This document shows positions 40,773-55,300 of a stretch of 64,000 bases of DNA, piece by piece (within the stretch, counting starts at the first letter, position 1; each line of letters opens with the position of its first letter). Position numbers and translations under genes: made by a program. The notes under the pieces are model-generated. The model did no database searches and had not been told where the DNA came from. It was given only the letters and a program-made list of their open reading frames with translations. The stretch spans positions 29,884,001-29,948,000 of the forward strand of contig CM022673.1 in assembly GCA_012295275.1 (NCBI GenBank), read 5' to 3'. The stretch comes from Chrysomallon squamiferum. Lineage: Eukaryota; Animalia; Mollusca.

Positions 40773-43700
40773 GTAACAATAATAGCAGCAATAATAATAA
40801 TAGTAATAACAGTAGCAGTAGCAATAACAATAATAATGGTGCTGTTAATGGATAATAGCAAATATGTATGATGTTGTTTTATGGTTGCTAAGTCTTTATA
40901 ATAAATATTTGCACTGAATGATCCCCAATGAACTGTTTCAGTTTTATGTATTAATGACTGTTCCCCCATTTTACACTGAAATTCAATGGTGGCTCAGCGA
41001 TATAGCGTAAATAGTATTCAGTGCCAATTTCCCATTACAACCAGTGTTCTATAAAGGTGTTTAAGAGGCCATAGTTGTGCTTTCATGTCAATACATGCAA
41101 AAAATGGTTTTAGCTATTCTTTAATAGCAGTAGCTGACAACCATGGTATAAGTTTTCTGTCTATTATAGTAAGATCAGTTAACTTTAATGTTTTGCTGCT
41201 TGTTGTTTAGAGTATGTCTTAGAAAATTTGCAGCAACTTTTTTCTTTTAAAAAATATGTTTAATACAATAAACATTAATATTTAAAATTCTAAATACTCA
41301 TTAAACAAATGCTAATTTATTTCAGAAATTTTGACATCATATATATTCCAGGTATAGCTACTTACCTGCAGATAGTAATCAGTTTATTAAATTTACTTCA
41401 CTTAATATTAATAAGTGTTAATTTCCCATTAGATAAATGTTCATTTGTTCCAAAAATATCTGAACAGACACTTTAATGAATAGAAAAAGAATAAAACCAT
41501 AATTTTTTTTACTTAATTAACCTTGTAAAATTGTTCTGCAGTTCAGTGCAAACTGTGGAGTTGTCGTTGATGGTGACTTCTGTGAAGGTGTCGGAGAAAG
41601 TCAGGGCTGTTCCACGACTTGGAGGTGGGTCTACGTCTGGTGTGTTTCCAGATATTTCTTCAGGGCTTTGGTTGTAAATTAAATCCATTGGCAGTCCTAG
41701 ATCAGGTTAGGAATAATACTAATAAAGATTAATGATTCTTGATATATTACATACATCATCATCATCATATAAAATCATTGCCAATGTAGGACATTATCAT
41801 TTTGTGGCATATCAAGTTAATTTCTTGTGTGTTTGAATTAATAATAATTTAACTACATAGCGACAGTCGTTGGCTCAGGTGTTAGACTAATGGATTTCAG
41901 TGTCAGTCCTGCTTAGCACGCCCTATTTCCTATCCCTGCTGTGGTTTGTTTCTTCCAAGTTTCAGGAACGTGCATGTAAAAGATTCCTAGTAGATGACTG
42001 AAACAGAGTAGCTTTTTGTCCTATATGGTTTGTGTTTAACACATATTTTATGTCACATAACCACTGTATACTTTTTGTAATATTAGTATTATTAGAGTAT
42101 TCTTATAATAAATGAGTATTATATTTCATTTTGAGTACTAGGTCATGATTTCACATATTCTTATTAATAACAAATTCATCTCAGTATAAATAACTTGACT
42201 TCTTAAGTGAAAGAATCAGTCTAATGTAAAGTTCAAGGGCAGGAAAACACCTACCTTCAAGGTATTCTTCTCCATCATATAAATCTTTTTCTGAGAAGAG
42301 GTTCTGAGAGTTCTGTAAGGCTTTCACCCACACTTCAGCCTGATTGTCTGGATCAATCAACAAAGGCCAGCAGTGTTTCCTGTTGAAACAGCTCACCCTC
42401 ATGAGCAAAGCATTCTGCACAGAATGCAAATCAGTGGGCAGGTTTTTCATTCTCCAGCTGCTCAACTCATCAAAATCACTGAGAATATCCTGCAAAGTGT
42501 ATCCAAATCTGGTGGAGATGACACTTTGTTCTCCTTCATCATCAGAATCATCTAACTCAGCATTGGGGACAATGCTTTCCATAGTGTCCTGCTTCTTAAG
42601 TTCAGACTTGTAGTACTTGCGGCTGTCATAGACAGCGGGTGTGTACTTGAAGGTTCTTACTTGTGGCAAGTCAACGTTGCCTATGCTGTGGATGCTTTCA
42701 TTGTCTGACAGTTCACTGACTGTGCTGGTCTGTCTGACTAAGGAGGAGGTTTGCTGCATAATGAGTTCCAAACTTGATGTTACTGAGTACTGCTCCAAGT
42801 TCAGAAAGGAGTCGGCATCAAAGTTGCCTTGACGGCATCGATTGAGCCAGTCCTGAAGGAGTTCTGAGCGGAATCTGTCCTCAAGAGGACCGTGGTAGCA
42901 GACGCAGGCTGCTGTGATGATGGCGTCTCCTGGAGCACAGCGGACATGTCTTTTGGCTTTCTTAAGTTCAGAACGCCATAAAAAGTGCTGCATTGACATA
43001 TTCTCCATAAGATTGCTGGCTCGGGAGATTTTGTTCTCAATCGACTAACAAAAAAATAAAGATTTGAGAAATGTAAAAATATTATATTAGTCTTCATGGA
43101 CTTTTATCTTTTCAGCTGAATCTGTTAATGAAATTTTTTTCATGATTATTTTTGTTGTGCAGAATAAAAATAAAATTAACCTTAAACATTACCTTTTTTT
43201 GATAATATTATTTAGATACTATCTATTATAAATATATAAGCCAGTTATCATAATGTATGTCACAAACAAATAGAAAATTAAGCAATAAATATCAATCTAT
43301 TTCAAAAGAAAGATATATAATGCAAATAAACATAGATGCATACACATGAAAAAATGTATACACATATAATCAGAGTACACAGGCAGCACATATACACACA
43401 CCATACTATTATGCACTCACATACACACACCATACTATTATGCACTCACATACACACACTATACTATTATGCACTCACATACACACACTATACTATTATG
43501 CACTCACATACACACAACATACTATTATGCACTCACATACACACACATACAAAGACAAAAATGCAAACACTGAATGACTGACAGACATACGTGTATTTCT
43601 TTTTCAATCGACTTGGCTTTCTTCTGAGCTTTCTTATGTAAAGCAATTTTTTTTTCCAGTCCTGCTTTAATATCATGGGCTGCCAGTCTCAGCTTACCAA

Positions 43701-44248
43701 GCTTCATTTTGGCCTAAAATAACCAAAGTTAAACAGAATGTAAATAAATATGAAATAAACTAATAAACACCTTTTGAAAGAAATATAATAGATAATTAAA
43801 AAAATAAAGATATTCAAAATCTATGTAGATTTTAATCAGTTTTTTTAATTTTATTTATTTATTTTGTTTTCAGCACTAAATATAAACAATCATTTCATTT
43901 GAGATTGTTACATTTGATAATATTTGATTCTTCATTTTCACTTTTACTATTTCTTCATCTGATTGGTTATACAAAATTGGTGAAAACTGATATTTGAGTA
44001 TTTACATATTTTGTAAACATGTATACTGTAATATTTTATTCAGTTCTTTTTAAGCATTCTTTTAAGTACATCTATGCACAAACACTCATGCTCCTACTGT
44101 AATCTATTTAAACTGAATACTTCAACATTAATCAAAATTATTAATTTTACATTTATACAGCAAGAATAAATATTCTATTTACATTCATTAAAATATTAAT
44201 ATGAGAATTAAAGTAATGCTATTGAAATTAAAAAACTCATATTATATT

Positions 44249-44279
<31 letters not shown>

Positions 44280-47200
44280 CGTGTGTGTTGCACTGAAATG
44301 TTTTAGTATCTCAGTATTACTGAAAATTCACCCTAGATGAATGATCTTCCACAGTCCTCATTTTTTCAATGACACTCATGGAACTCCTGTGAATCAAAGA
44401 ATAATCTTCTATGGCCAGAACCCACTTGCAGAATGCTGCAGCAGCTTTTGACACCGTCTGTACAATGTGGGGTTGAAAGTTTCGGTTAGTTGTGTACTCC
44501 TGTAGATCAATGAATACTTCTGTGGCCATAGTGCTTTTGTCATAGAAAATCATGTCTTGAATGAAGTTTTCCTTGATTAGTAATTTTTTACCTTCTTCCC
44601 AGCTGAAACAATAATTATTATTAACTGTTTTACATGCGAAAAATAAAATATGAATCACATAATGAAAACTGAATTTGAATATGCTTAGAACATTTTTTTT
44701 TTTTAATCTAATTTAGAATTTTAATAAGCTATTTTTAAAAAAGTATTAACTGAAGTACTACTACTATAAAAAAAAAATAAAAAATTATATTGTGTGAATT
44801 GAACTAAATGAAATGTGAACTGAATTTTAATGCATTCACACTGAAAAGAAATTTCTAATATTAACCCTGAAAAAAATCTAAATTCTGAAGAAACCATAAT
44901 TGAAAAAAAATAATTAAGTACACAACAGCATCGCAAAATACTACTTACGTCTGGGGTTTTTCAAACAAAACACAAAGTGCATTCACAACATATTTCACTA
45001 GTTCTGGGGGTTCTCTGTAACTTCTAACTTCATCAAAATCAGTTTTGCTCAGAGATGCGATAGCACTTTTAGCAGCCATATAGGTAGGATTCACCTGCAA
45101 TAAATTTGTTTATAATAAACATATCACAGATAATGATCAAGTGTATATAACTGTATATTTTACTTAGTTTTATCATAATAAAATTATTTAAACTAACTCT
45201 GATAATCACAACCACAATGATGATAATAAAACAATACAACAATAGTAGCAGAACCAGCAGAAGAATAAATATTATTATTATTACTATTACTACTATTTCT
45301 TCGGTTATTAATAGTAATTGTAGAAGAAATAGTAATGATAATAGTAGTTATAGTAGTAGTGGTAGTAGAAATGATAGTTTTAACAGGTTAGTAAAAATAA
45401 TGGAACTCCCCAAACATTAAATCTTTTTTCTTTTTTCTTTTTTCAGTTTTATATTGTTCAAGTTCCAAAATAAAAAAAATTAACCCAAAACTTGTTATCC
45501 TTCATTAAGACTGGATAGCAAAAATAAAAAAAACAAAAAATAAACTGGTAGTATGTTGAATAGTATTTAGATTATTTCTTTTAATGACCCAAAGGTACAA
45601 TTCAGATTATATAAAACATTTTTTATTAAAAAAAGATACCTGATCCAGCATTGAATGTGATGACTTTTTGAGATCATCTAGTGGTCCCTGGATTGCCAGT
45701 ATATTTTCTTCTTGTTTCTTGCACTTGTCCAGAGCCTGAAAAGACATCATAATATTGAGTGTATGAGTGTGTGTGTGTGTGTTTGTGTTGTGTGTATGTG
45801 TGTGTTGTGTGTATGTGTAAAAGGATAAATAATTTTGCAAAAGAAAACTAAAACAGTTATTTTTTTTTCTGTTTATTTAAATAGGGAATTACTACAAAGG
45901 TGATAATACAATAATTTCAATAATTCTAAGTATGAAATTACAAAGCCACTGAACATCAAACAGAAATTGTATTACAGCATTTACCATTTATCTTGGATAT
46001 CAGTTCAGTTTTTTATATAAAGTAAAAACAAATAATGAAATAATAATAAAATAAACACTCTGGAAAGCTAAACAAAAACATTCAAGAATATAAATATATC
46101 ATTAATTTTATTAATTCAGATTTAACATTAAAAGTGAAAATGAAAAGAAACTAAAAGAAAAACAGGAGCAAAAACAAATCTCAAAACAAGTATCCCCCTA
46201 CAAATAACCACTTTAAAATACAAAATATTATATATTTTAATTAACTTTGATGTGAATTTACAAGTAAAAAACCTTTAAAATAAAATAAAATAAATAAAAT
46301 AAAATAATAATGATAAAACAATAATAAAATAAAAATAAACACGTTAAAATACAAAAAAAGAAAAAACCCAATAGTAATACTAAAACATCTTTTTTAAAAA
46401 AAAGCTTTCAAAAATATAAAATTAAAGCAAACACAGATTATAATTTCAAAAAAACCCAACTAAAAAACAACACTCTACCTTGATAAAGAGATTTTTACGG
46501 TGTTCCACTTCTTCCACAAGTGAACGCATATGTTCTAAAGCTGCTTTGTGTTTTGGAATTAGCTTGTCTACCTCACGCTTGTATGACGCAATACTACCAA
46601 ATGCTTCATCAATTTTACACAGGGCTCCTTCATACTTGGCAACATTTTCCTTTAAAAACATGTCACATATAATAAAAAATTGTGTTACAATTTATATAAA
46701 ATAATCTTTCTCCTTAAAAAGGGTTTAGTTAGAAATGTCTTGTATCAAATTTAAACAGTAAAAAGAATGCTACTTTCTTTTTACAAGATTCCACTAAAAT
46801 AGTATTAATGAAGCAGTATCATCAGTATCCAAAAAACCACTTCAAACAAACAAAAAAGTAATTTTGAAATTATATTACAGTGTATAAAAAATAATCTTTC
46901 TCCATAAACAAATTTCTTTGAAAATGATATAGTCTGTCAGATTTAGACGTGAAAAGGAAGATGCTATATATGTAATGGATACTACTGAAACAGTATACTT
47001 AAATGTTTTCTCTATTACTGATAAACAAAAATTATTTGACTACTGATAACAATACATTTTTCATTTTAAAAATTAACAATGAAAGAGATCAAAATATAAA
47101 AATTTCAATATTCAAAATTTAATTTCAAAATAAAAAAATTTCCTACCTTTTCTCTTTTCACAATGAAAGCAGCAATGACCTTGAAGAGGTGAACAAACTC

Positions 47201-48132
47201 CATGAAGGTGAGTGGTGTGTAAAACCTCAGTGGCTCCATCTGGTGAGAGAACTGCCTCTCAATGGTCATTTTGGCTGAACAATGAATGTAGGCCATTGCA
47301 TAACTTGCTTTACTTATCTGTTGATCCTTGTCCTTAGATGACCATGGAATTGTTATCTGTTTTGCAACAAAAAATTTAACTAGATTTCTCTCTGTATATG
47401 TTGTTTGTGTAATAAATAATAAATGTTAAAAGAGAAGAAAAGAAAGTAACAAAAATAAATAAATAGTTGAGACTAATCATCAGTTTTTAAATAAGCATGA
47501 GATAAATCCTTTTATATACAATAATTTTGACAAAGTTAGTTTAGACAAATTTACAGTTTAATCTAAGTTTAAACAGTGGCTGCAGACAATGGTTCTTCTT
47601 CTTAGACAAATAGGATTTAAATTCAAATCTTTATTGTGATTCTTTGTGTCATTTATTAATTTATTAGTTAAATATGTTTTAAACAGTAAATTATATTTAA
47701 ATATAACTCTTAGATCAGCATTATTCCAGCCAGATGTGAGCTATTGTAAGAATATTTTAGATTTAGAACAGGCTAAACAAAACATTAGGCTTGGGATCAT
47801 ACAGGTTTGAACTAGTTTAAAAACAAATCTTGTGATTTCACATAGTGTTAAATATAAATCTCAGATCTGCATTATTACAGTGAGGCATAAGCTAATACAA
47901 ACCCTAGATTTAGGATCTTCCAGCCAGGTGTGAGCAATGCTGCTGTATGTCTCATAGGACCATGGCATGTACACATCTACACACAGACTGTACTTGACCA
48001 GGTTTGGAAACAAACAAATCTTTTCATGCAGGCTGTGAAAATCACTGGAGTAGCTATTTCCTGAAAATCAAACAACAAAAAAAAAAAAAAGAAAAATAAA
48101 CACAGATTTGTGCTATCCTAACTGTCTCAAGT

Positions 48133-48176
<44 letters not shown>

Positions 48177-49330
48177 TTAATGTCATTATTTCTAGATCAA
48201 ATACATCCATGAGCATACTAACCATATTATAATAAGATAGTTAAATTCTTCTTAACCATTAATACCTTTAATTTAATCAAAATACTGAGATGTAACATAT
48301 TCTATACCTTAAAGTTATTTGAGTTTTTTAATAAATGTACCTTTGTAATTGATGCAGACAACAATGTGTAGATTCTGCTTGATTCGTTTGATGAATCGGT
48401 CAAAGGCCTGCTCTATTTTATCAACTCGTTTTGTCTGAACTCCACCTGGCATCATCTGACTCACAAGATCGAGAATTTCCTGCTCAGAGTAGAGACCTGG
48501 TGAGGTGCCTGCATTAGGAAAGGGGAAATTTATTATCAGATTTGTGATGGAGAAAGATATCTTTTATTTACTATTACTCACAATAATAAAAAGAAATCAA
48601 AACCCTCCCCACCAAAAAATATTAACAAAAATAAATAATATGAAATAATAACATAATAAAATAAAATAAAATCACATATTAAAAACACATATACATATGC
48701 CTACTCTGATAAATGCAAATGCACATAAATCCACATAATAGCAGTAAGAAATGTACACACAACTAAATAAACCCACCAGTATCATACCTTTTCTCTCAAA
48801 ACTAATCTACCCTCATTTACCTTCGGCCATCAGAGCACTTATGTCCTGCAAACAGTCTTGTTCAAGATCTTCATGTATGAGAAGCACTGTTGGTTTTCCC
48901 AGCACACCAGCATTGTGTGATGCACGTTTGATGTGTTCTTGTACAATGTTTTTGTTATGTTTTTTCTCTGTTTGTGGCTTTGGCTCAAACAGTTTGCAGT
49001 TAGCCATGTATGCTGTGAGACGAGCCAGAGATGCCCGTCCAGTGGAGTAGCTGAGACCTAGAAGAAGAGCATGTCCTCCTGGTAATGCCTAGAGTGGGAA
49101 GAAAAAAGAAAAAGAAAAAGATGTCTAAATAAGTTTAGTTAAAAGAAAAAGAAATAATTACAAAGTAAGATACAGATCAGATCTAACAAACAATTCTGAA
49201 ATGGCCTAGTCTGAAGAAGAAACATTTTTGAGATGCAAATAAAAAAGAATGTCAAGCTTTCAGTAACATTCTTAATAAATTTTAAATTTGTGGTAAATAA
49301 TCTTTAAAAATCATGTGAATGTTGCTAAAA

Positions 49331-49393
<63 letters not shown>

Positions 49394-52300
49394 TAGTAAT
49401 AATAATAATAATAATGATATGATGATGATGTCATACAAATGTCAACTTAAACAAAATATAAAAATCAGTGACAAACTTTTGTTAGTTTTTGTTATAAAGC
49501 TGCCCCACAGAAATCTGTAAGATTATCTGTTTTACATCAAACACTTAAACAAAAAATGGAACATGTTGGCTCTGTGTTTCTGAATCCAAATATAAAAGGT
49601 AGTATATATAAAAAAATCCCACCAATATATTATTTGAAATCCTATAAGCTTCCAAAAATCAAATTTTCTTCTAATTTTCTTCTAATGTCTATCATTATAT
49701 ACAGATACATTTAACTTAATCTGCATGTTTTTGAATATTTTTCATACAAATAAAGCCTACAGAATGTATATGCGATTTTGCTTATCTCACAAACAGACCC
49801 TGCCTTCTGGGTTAGCTCTGTAATATAATATATTTCTTTACCAGTACTCGGCTGAGTCTAGAAGCATGGAAAACAGCCTCTTTAAAGAAGACTAACTCCA
49901 GTTTTTGTGAAGTCTTAATGTTGTACACTGTTAGACATGACTGAAGGGCCTCTTGTAGACTTTCCAGTGAACATTCCAAGTATCCTGAAAAGCAACAACA
50001 ACAAAAATTAAAAATTAAAAATTATGAACTGTTCCTTTCAACCCAGCCAGAAATTAAATATTGTAAACAATAAAAACAGTGCTGATTTGAATATAATAAT
50101 TGAAAACTACAAAGAAATATTCTTTCAAAATGCTTTGTATCTAAAAAAGCTTTTTTTTCTCTTTAATGCTTTTCTAATACATAAAAGCAACAAATTATTA
50201 CTACTAAATCGTATCACAGTTCTTTTCCAAATTCTAAGGTTTCTAATATTATTTTATTTACTGTAATTCACAAACCTTTTTCAATTATAAGACCATGCAG
50301 TTCTGAGTGCCAGACACTGAAGAATTTGGAGAACAAGAAATCAGAACTAGATAATTCTGGGTTTGTTATCTGAAGAAAAAAAAAGAAGAAAAAAACTAAT
50401 AGTATTTTAAAATACACACAGAAAAACACTCACACATACACACACACACACATATATAAAATAACAGTTTTATGTTTAAAATGGTGCAGAACTGGATGTG
50501 AGGAGGCTGGACACAACTAGATAAAAAGATTGTCAAGATGAGCTAGGATATTACTTTGTCAGGAAAGGGCTAGGTGAGGCTGGGTGGTAAAAGTTAAGAA
50601 ATTAAGTTAGTAGATGAAACATGAGAAACATGGACAAAGGCAAGACAAAGAAAACAGGACAAAACAGAAAGATAAGATATAATTTAAGAAAATTAAAATT
50701 AAAATGTTACATTCGGATTGACAAATGAAGACATAATCAAACACAAGCTAAAATCAGATTAGGTTTTTAACTAGATTTAAGAAAGAAGAATTTTACATCA
50801 TCAGGTGACAGCAGAGGTCCATAGTAAGCCTCGTGCTGCTGGTCAGCAATGAGTCCAGCTTTAAATGTCACTCCTCTCTTTGATGTCTGTCGTTTGGCAG
50901 GCACAGCTCCCAGTCCTGTAAAGAGAATATAACATCTTCTGTGTCTATAAATAGGTAAAGTATAATTTAATTTAATTATACATTCAATGCATTTTGAATA
51001 TAGAGTTTTATGATATCATAATATGGTAAGGACCACAAACTTAATGAAAGAAAATTCACTATTGCCTTGCTATAAAATAATCTCTTTTTTCAATTAGAAT
51101 CAAGAAATCTTTTATAAGTGTCTTCCCACGTACACAGAATCAGGAGATAAACCAGTCACTGAGGACAGGATACATACATACAGTGACAATGCTGTATAAT
51201 TACTTGTATTCTTTAAGAATATCACAAACATTAGAAAAGAACAGTTATCACTCATGGATCTGGTGGAAAATAAATAATTATTATTAAGTAATATTATAAT
51301 AGTTATTATTTTGCATTAAAATAAGGATTCACAAACATAAAATTCGGACTTTCATTCCACATTACTGAACACTGCATCAGACATCTGAACAACAATGCTT
51401 GGAATGGGCATACCCAAGAATAGAGCACAAGACATATCTTAACAAATAGCAAGAAATAATCTTTTATAAGCATGTTCCCAGTGGCCGCACAACTCATAAT
51501 GTTTTTGATGCTTCAATAGTGGAATATGGGCCTGAACATCTAATAATCCAAAGTTCTCCAACAAATAAACACTTTATATTACAGCAACAGCATATTTTCT
51601 TTTTTATTTGCATATACTTAAAATTTTATTTAAATCATCGGTGATGTTTTATACACAAAAAGTATAATATATACCAGAACTGCCTTGATCATGAGCTGCT
51701 GTACCATCTGAATTTTCTGCCTGGGCATTTCCTAATAATAATAATAATGATGACAATAATAATAATGATAATGATCATTATCAAGACGATGGTCATCATA
51801 ATGATGAGAATGATGCCCAGGGCAATGATGACAATAACAGTACTTCATGTGATATGTAGAAGAAGTGTTGAACATCAAAGTTTAGTGTAATGGATGTAAT
51901 TTAAAGTTTATTTTACCTATAAAAAGGATAATTACCTAATGAATAAATATATAATTTGTGTGTACATTTACACACACACACACACACACACAAAACATCC
52001 ATCTGAGGAATTCTATAGCAGGTTAAAAATATAAACAAAACAATAATAAAAAACTGGTTTTAAAAAGTAGACAAGTAAACAAAAAAAATAAAAAATAAAT
52101 AAAACCACCATTAAATGAAATTAAATGAAATGAAAAAAAGAAAGAAGAAGAGGTAAAAATATAGTGATAGATATTCTGTTTAACAAAAAGACTTACCTTT
52201 TTCATCAGGTCTCACTGAAAAATTAATAAATTAATTTATAATTAAATAATAAGACATGATAGTTTCATTAACACCATTTTGTGTTTCTTTTTATCTAAAA

Positions 52301-55300
52301 AATATCATAAACAGTTTTAAACCAAACATAATATAAAAACTCTTCTTCTTCTTCTTCTTATTATTAAGTGCACATATTCTTAGTTATAATTAAGTGTCAA
52401 TTTTACATGTGAATTTAATAATGAAAATGTGCAAAATTTCAAAAATGAATAGCTCTATATTATTTAAAAATGGTAGTTTTGTGCATAAAGGCATTGTGCA
52501 AATAAATATTAATAAAACATGAGTTTATGTAAAAATGCAATATTTATATATAATTATATATAACATTATATTTAAAAAAACAAAAATCAGGTATAAATAA
52601 AATAATATATTTTATGGATTAATCTAATTTTATGTATAACATTATGGGCTATTATGTTTAATTGTTACATTATGTAAAACTACAATATAATAATTTATAA
52701 AAGCAATACTGTAGTTATAAATAATGCTATAAATATAATGTTAAATATAAATATTATTTTCTATATTAATGTAAAATTATGGACAATTGAATTAATATTA
52801 TTATTATTAGTAGTAGTAGTATTATATGTCAGTATTAAAAGCACATCACACTATATGAATGTATCAAATTATACCTGTAGATATATTTGGAATTTCTGGC
52901 AAATCTGGACAAACAAAAACAAATACGTCAAAGAAAACTGACAAAGATTGATAAACAGTATCCAGTACTGTGTTTCACAATAGCTGAGAATACAGTGAAA
53001 ATCACAGTGTAATTAAAAGAATAATTATCTTTTAGGAGATATTGATGAAATTATAATTTCCAGTGTCCATTTCAATGAATTTGTTCATAGAATATTATAA
53101 TATATTCTCTCTTCATATAATTAGAAAATACAATAAAAAAGGTTTCAATGAAGTTATTTGTACTGATACTTGTTGATCATAATTGAAATATCATCAAATA
53201 AAAAATATAAAAGTAAATAAAACATTTCTCATAAATCCTAAAACAACCATGATTATGAACCCCTAAAGAGTAAGCACCCCACAGAATTTTTTTTTTTAAA
53301 AAGAGAAACAAACCGAAAAATAATAATAATAAATAACAATTAAAAAAAACAAAAATATATATATATTTTATTCAAGAAACTGCCCCCAAAATTACAAGAT
53401 AATAGAAAATAAAAGGGTAATGTTTTAAATTCAAAATAAAGCACCTGAAAAGTGAAAAAGAAACCTACAACTAAATAATAATAATAAAAAAAACAACTGA
53501 AAAACTAATGGGATTTAAAAAAAAGAAAAACAACTAATCATAATAATAATAACAATAACAATTAAATTTAAAAATTAAATAAAATATTCCAAATTAGAAA
53601 TAAACAACATATAAAAGAACAACCTCAAAACATAAAAAAGACATAATTCATAATGTAGAATTAATATAAATGTATATATTTAGAAAACAAAAATTAAAAA
53701 GAATGAATATAAGAACCTGAAGATGTCTGTGTATCTGTGTCACTGGTTGTATCAAAGTCATTAGAAGTGTCCGCAGTTTCAAACGTTTCCATCGATTCAC
53801 CCACTGCGTTCCCATCCACTGTCTCAGCATCAGTGTCCAACGAAACATCTGAAAAAAACCACATTAAAACTTTTACTTTTTAATAAAAAATACAGTCTCA
53901 GTATATGAAAATAAACACATTCAAACTTTTACTTTTTAATAAAAAAATACAGTCTCAGTATATGAAAATAAACACATTAAAACTTTTACTTTTTAATAAA
54001 AAAATACAGTCTCAGTATATGAAAATAACACATTAAAACTTTTACTTTTTAATAAAAAAATACAGTCTCGGTATACTCTTCAGAGGAAAATATGAAAATA
54101 AATTTAAATAAAGCATAGGCTTTTAAAATATATTTTTTTATCATTATTATTATTTTTGTTTATGTACCATACAGTCTGAACATATACATATACAAAAATC
54201 TAAAAAATATATATTTTTTTAAAATAAACACTCTCTCATTATATACCATACAGAAAAACCTTAAAAATAAATATATATATATGTTTTTTATAAACTCATT
54301 ATCAATATGTATCTTTAGAGAAACATCTGAATATAAATAAATACTAAATGCAGTCTCAGTATATACCATGGAAAATTGTTTGAATATAAGTAATTTTTGA
54401 TACAAATACATTCTCAGTATTTACAGAATATTAACTAATATACAAACCAAAACATCAACTTATGAAAAAAAAAAAAAAATGTTTAATAAATCTTTTCAAT
54501 ATATACCACACAGAAATATATGAAAATAATTACATAATTTAGATATGTCAATACTAATTAAAATAAAAATACCAAAATCTTATTAACATCAATATATACA
54601 GTGACTATCCCAGTATGAAAAATTGGTGAGAGAAATTCAAAGCAAAACTAGTTCCTCTGCCTAACATATCAACACTTGATGGGTATAATCAGAGGAAGGC
54701 AAAACAGTCAATTAATATACATTATATTGTAAAAATATGACTGTAAAATCATGTCACAATACAAGACAGACAAGGTTATCAGGATGCTATCTGTGATTCT
54801 ACTGACTGATTCAGTCTCTGTTTAAAGACTCACTGTGATCTTCTCTGGGTGTTTCTTTCTCAGTGACAGAATTTCGACATGGGGTTGACACTGCAGATGA
54901 CATGTCCTGGCTGACATCAGCTTGTGGCTGACTTGTTCCAGCTTCAGCAAGGACATCATCACCATTGACTGCTGGTGAAGTGTCAGCATTATCAGGACTG
55001 GTGTGAGTGTTGATCTCCTCATTGTCAAAGTCAGAAGGTGTGGCTGGAGGTGGAGAGTCTGCTTGGGTCTCTTTGAGAGGACTGCTTCGACTCTGACAAA
55101 TAAAAGTTAATAAACATTTAGTAGAAAATAAAAATACAAATATTTAAAAATAAAATAGTAAAAGCTGAAATTAATAAAAACCTAAAACTAAAATAAAAAT
55201 ATTTAAAAATATAATAGTAAAAGCTGAAATTAAAAAAAACCTAAAACTAAAATAAAAGCATTTAAAATATTAACAATTGCAATAATACTACTATTTTTCT

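Noticed and set aside
42344-42832. + strand ORFs opposite dynein exons (also 36568, 46480, 48751, 61147, 62632)
   Set aside because: They are antisense shadows of real coding exons, with no independent splice or homology support.
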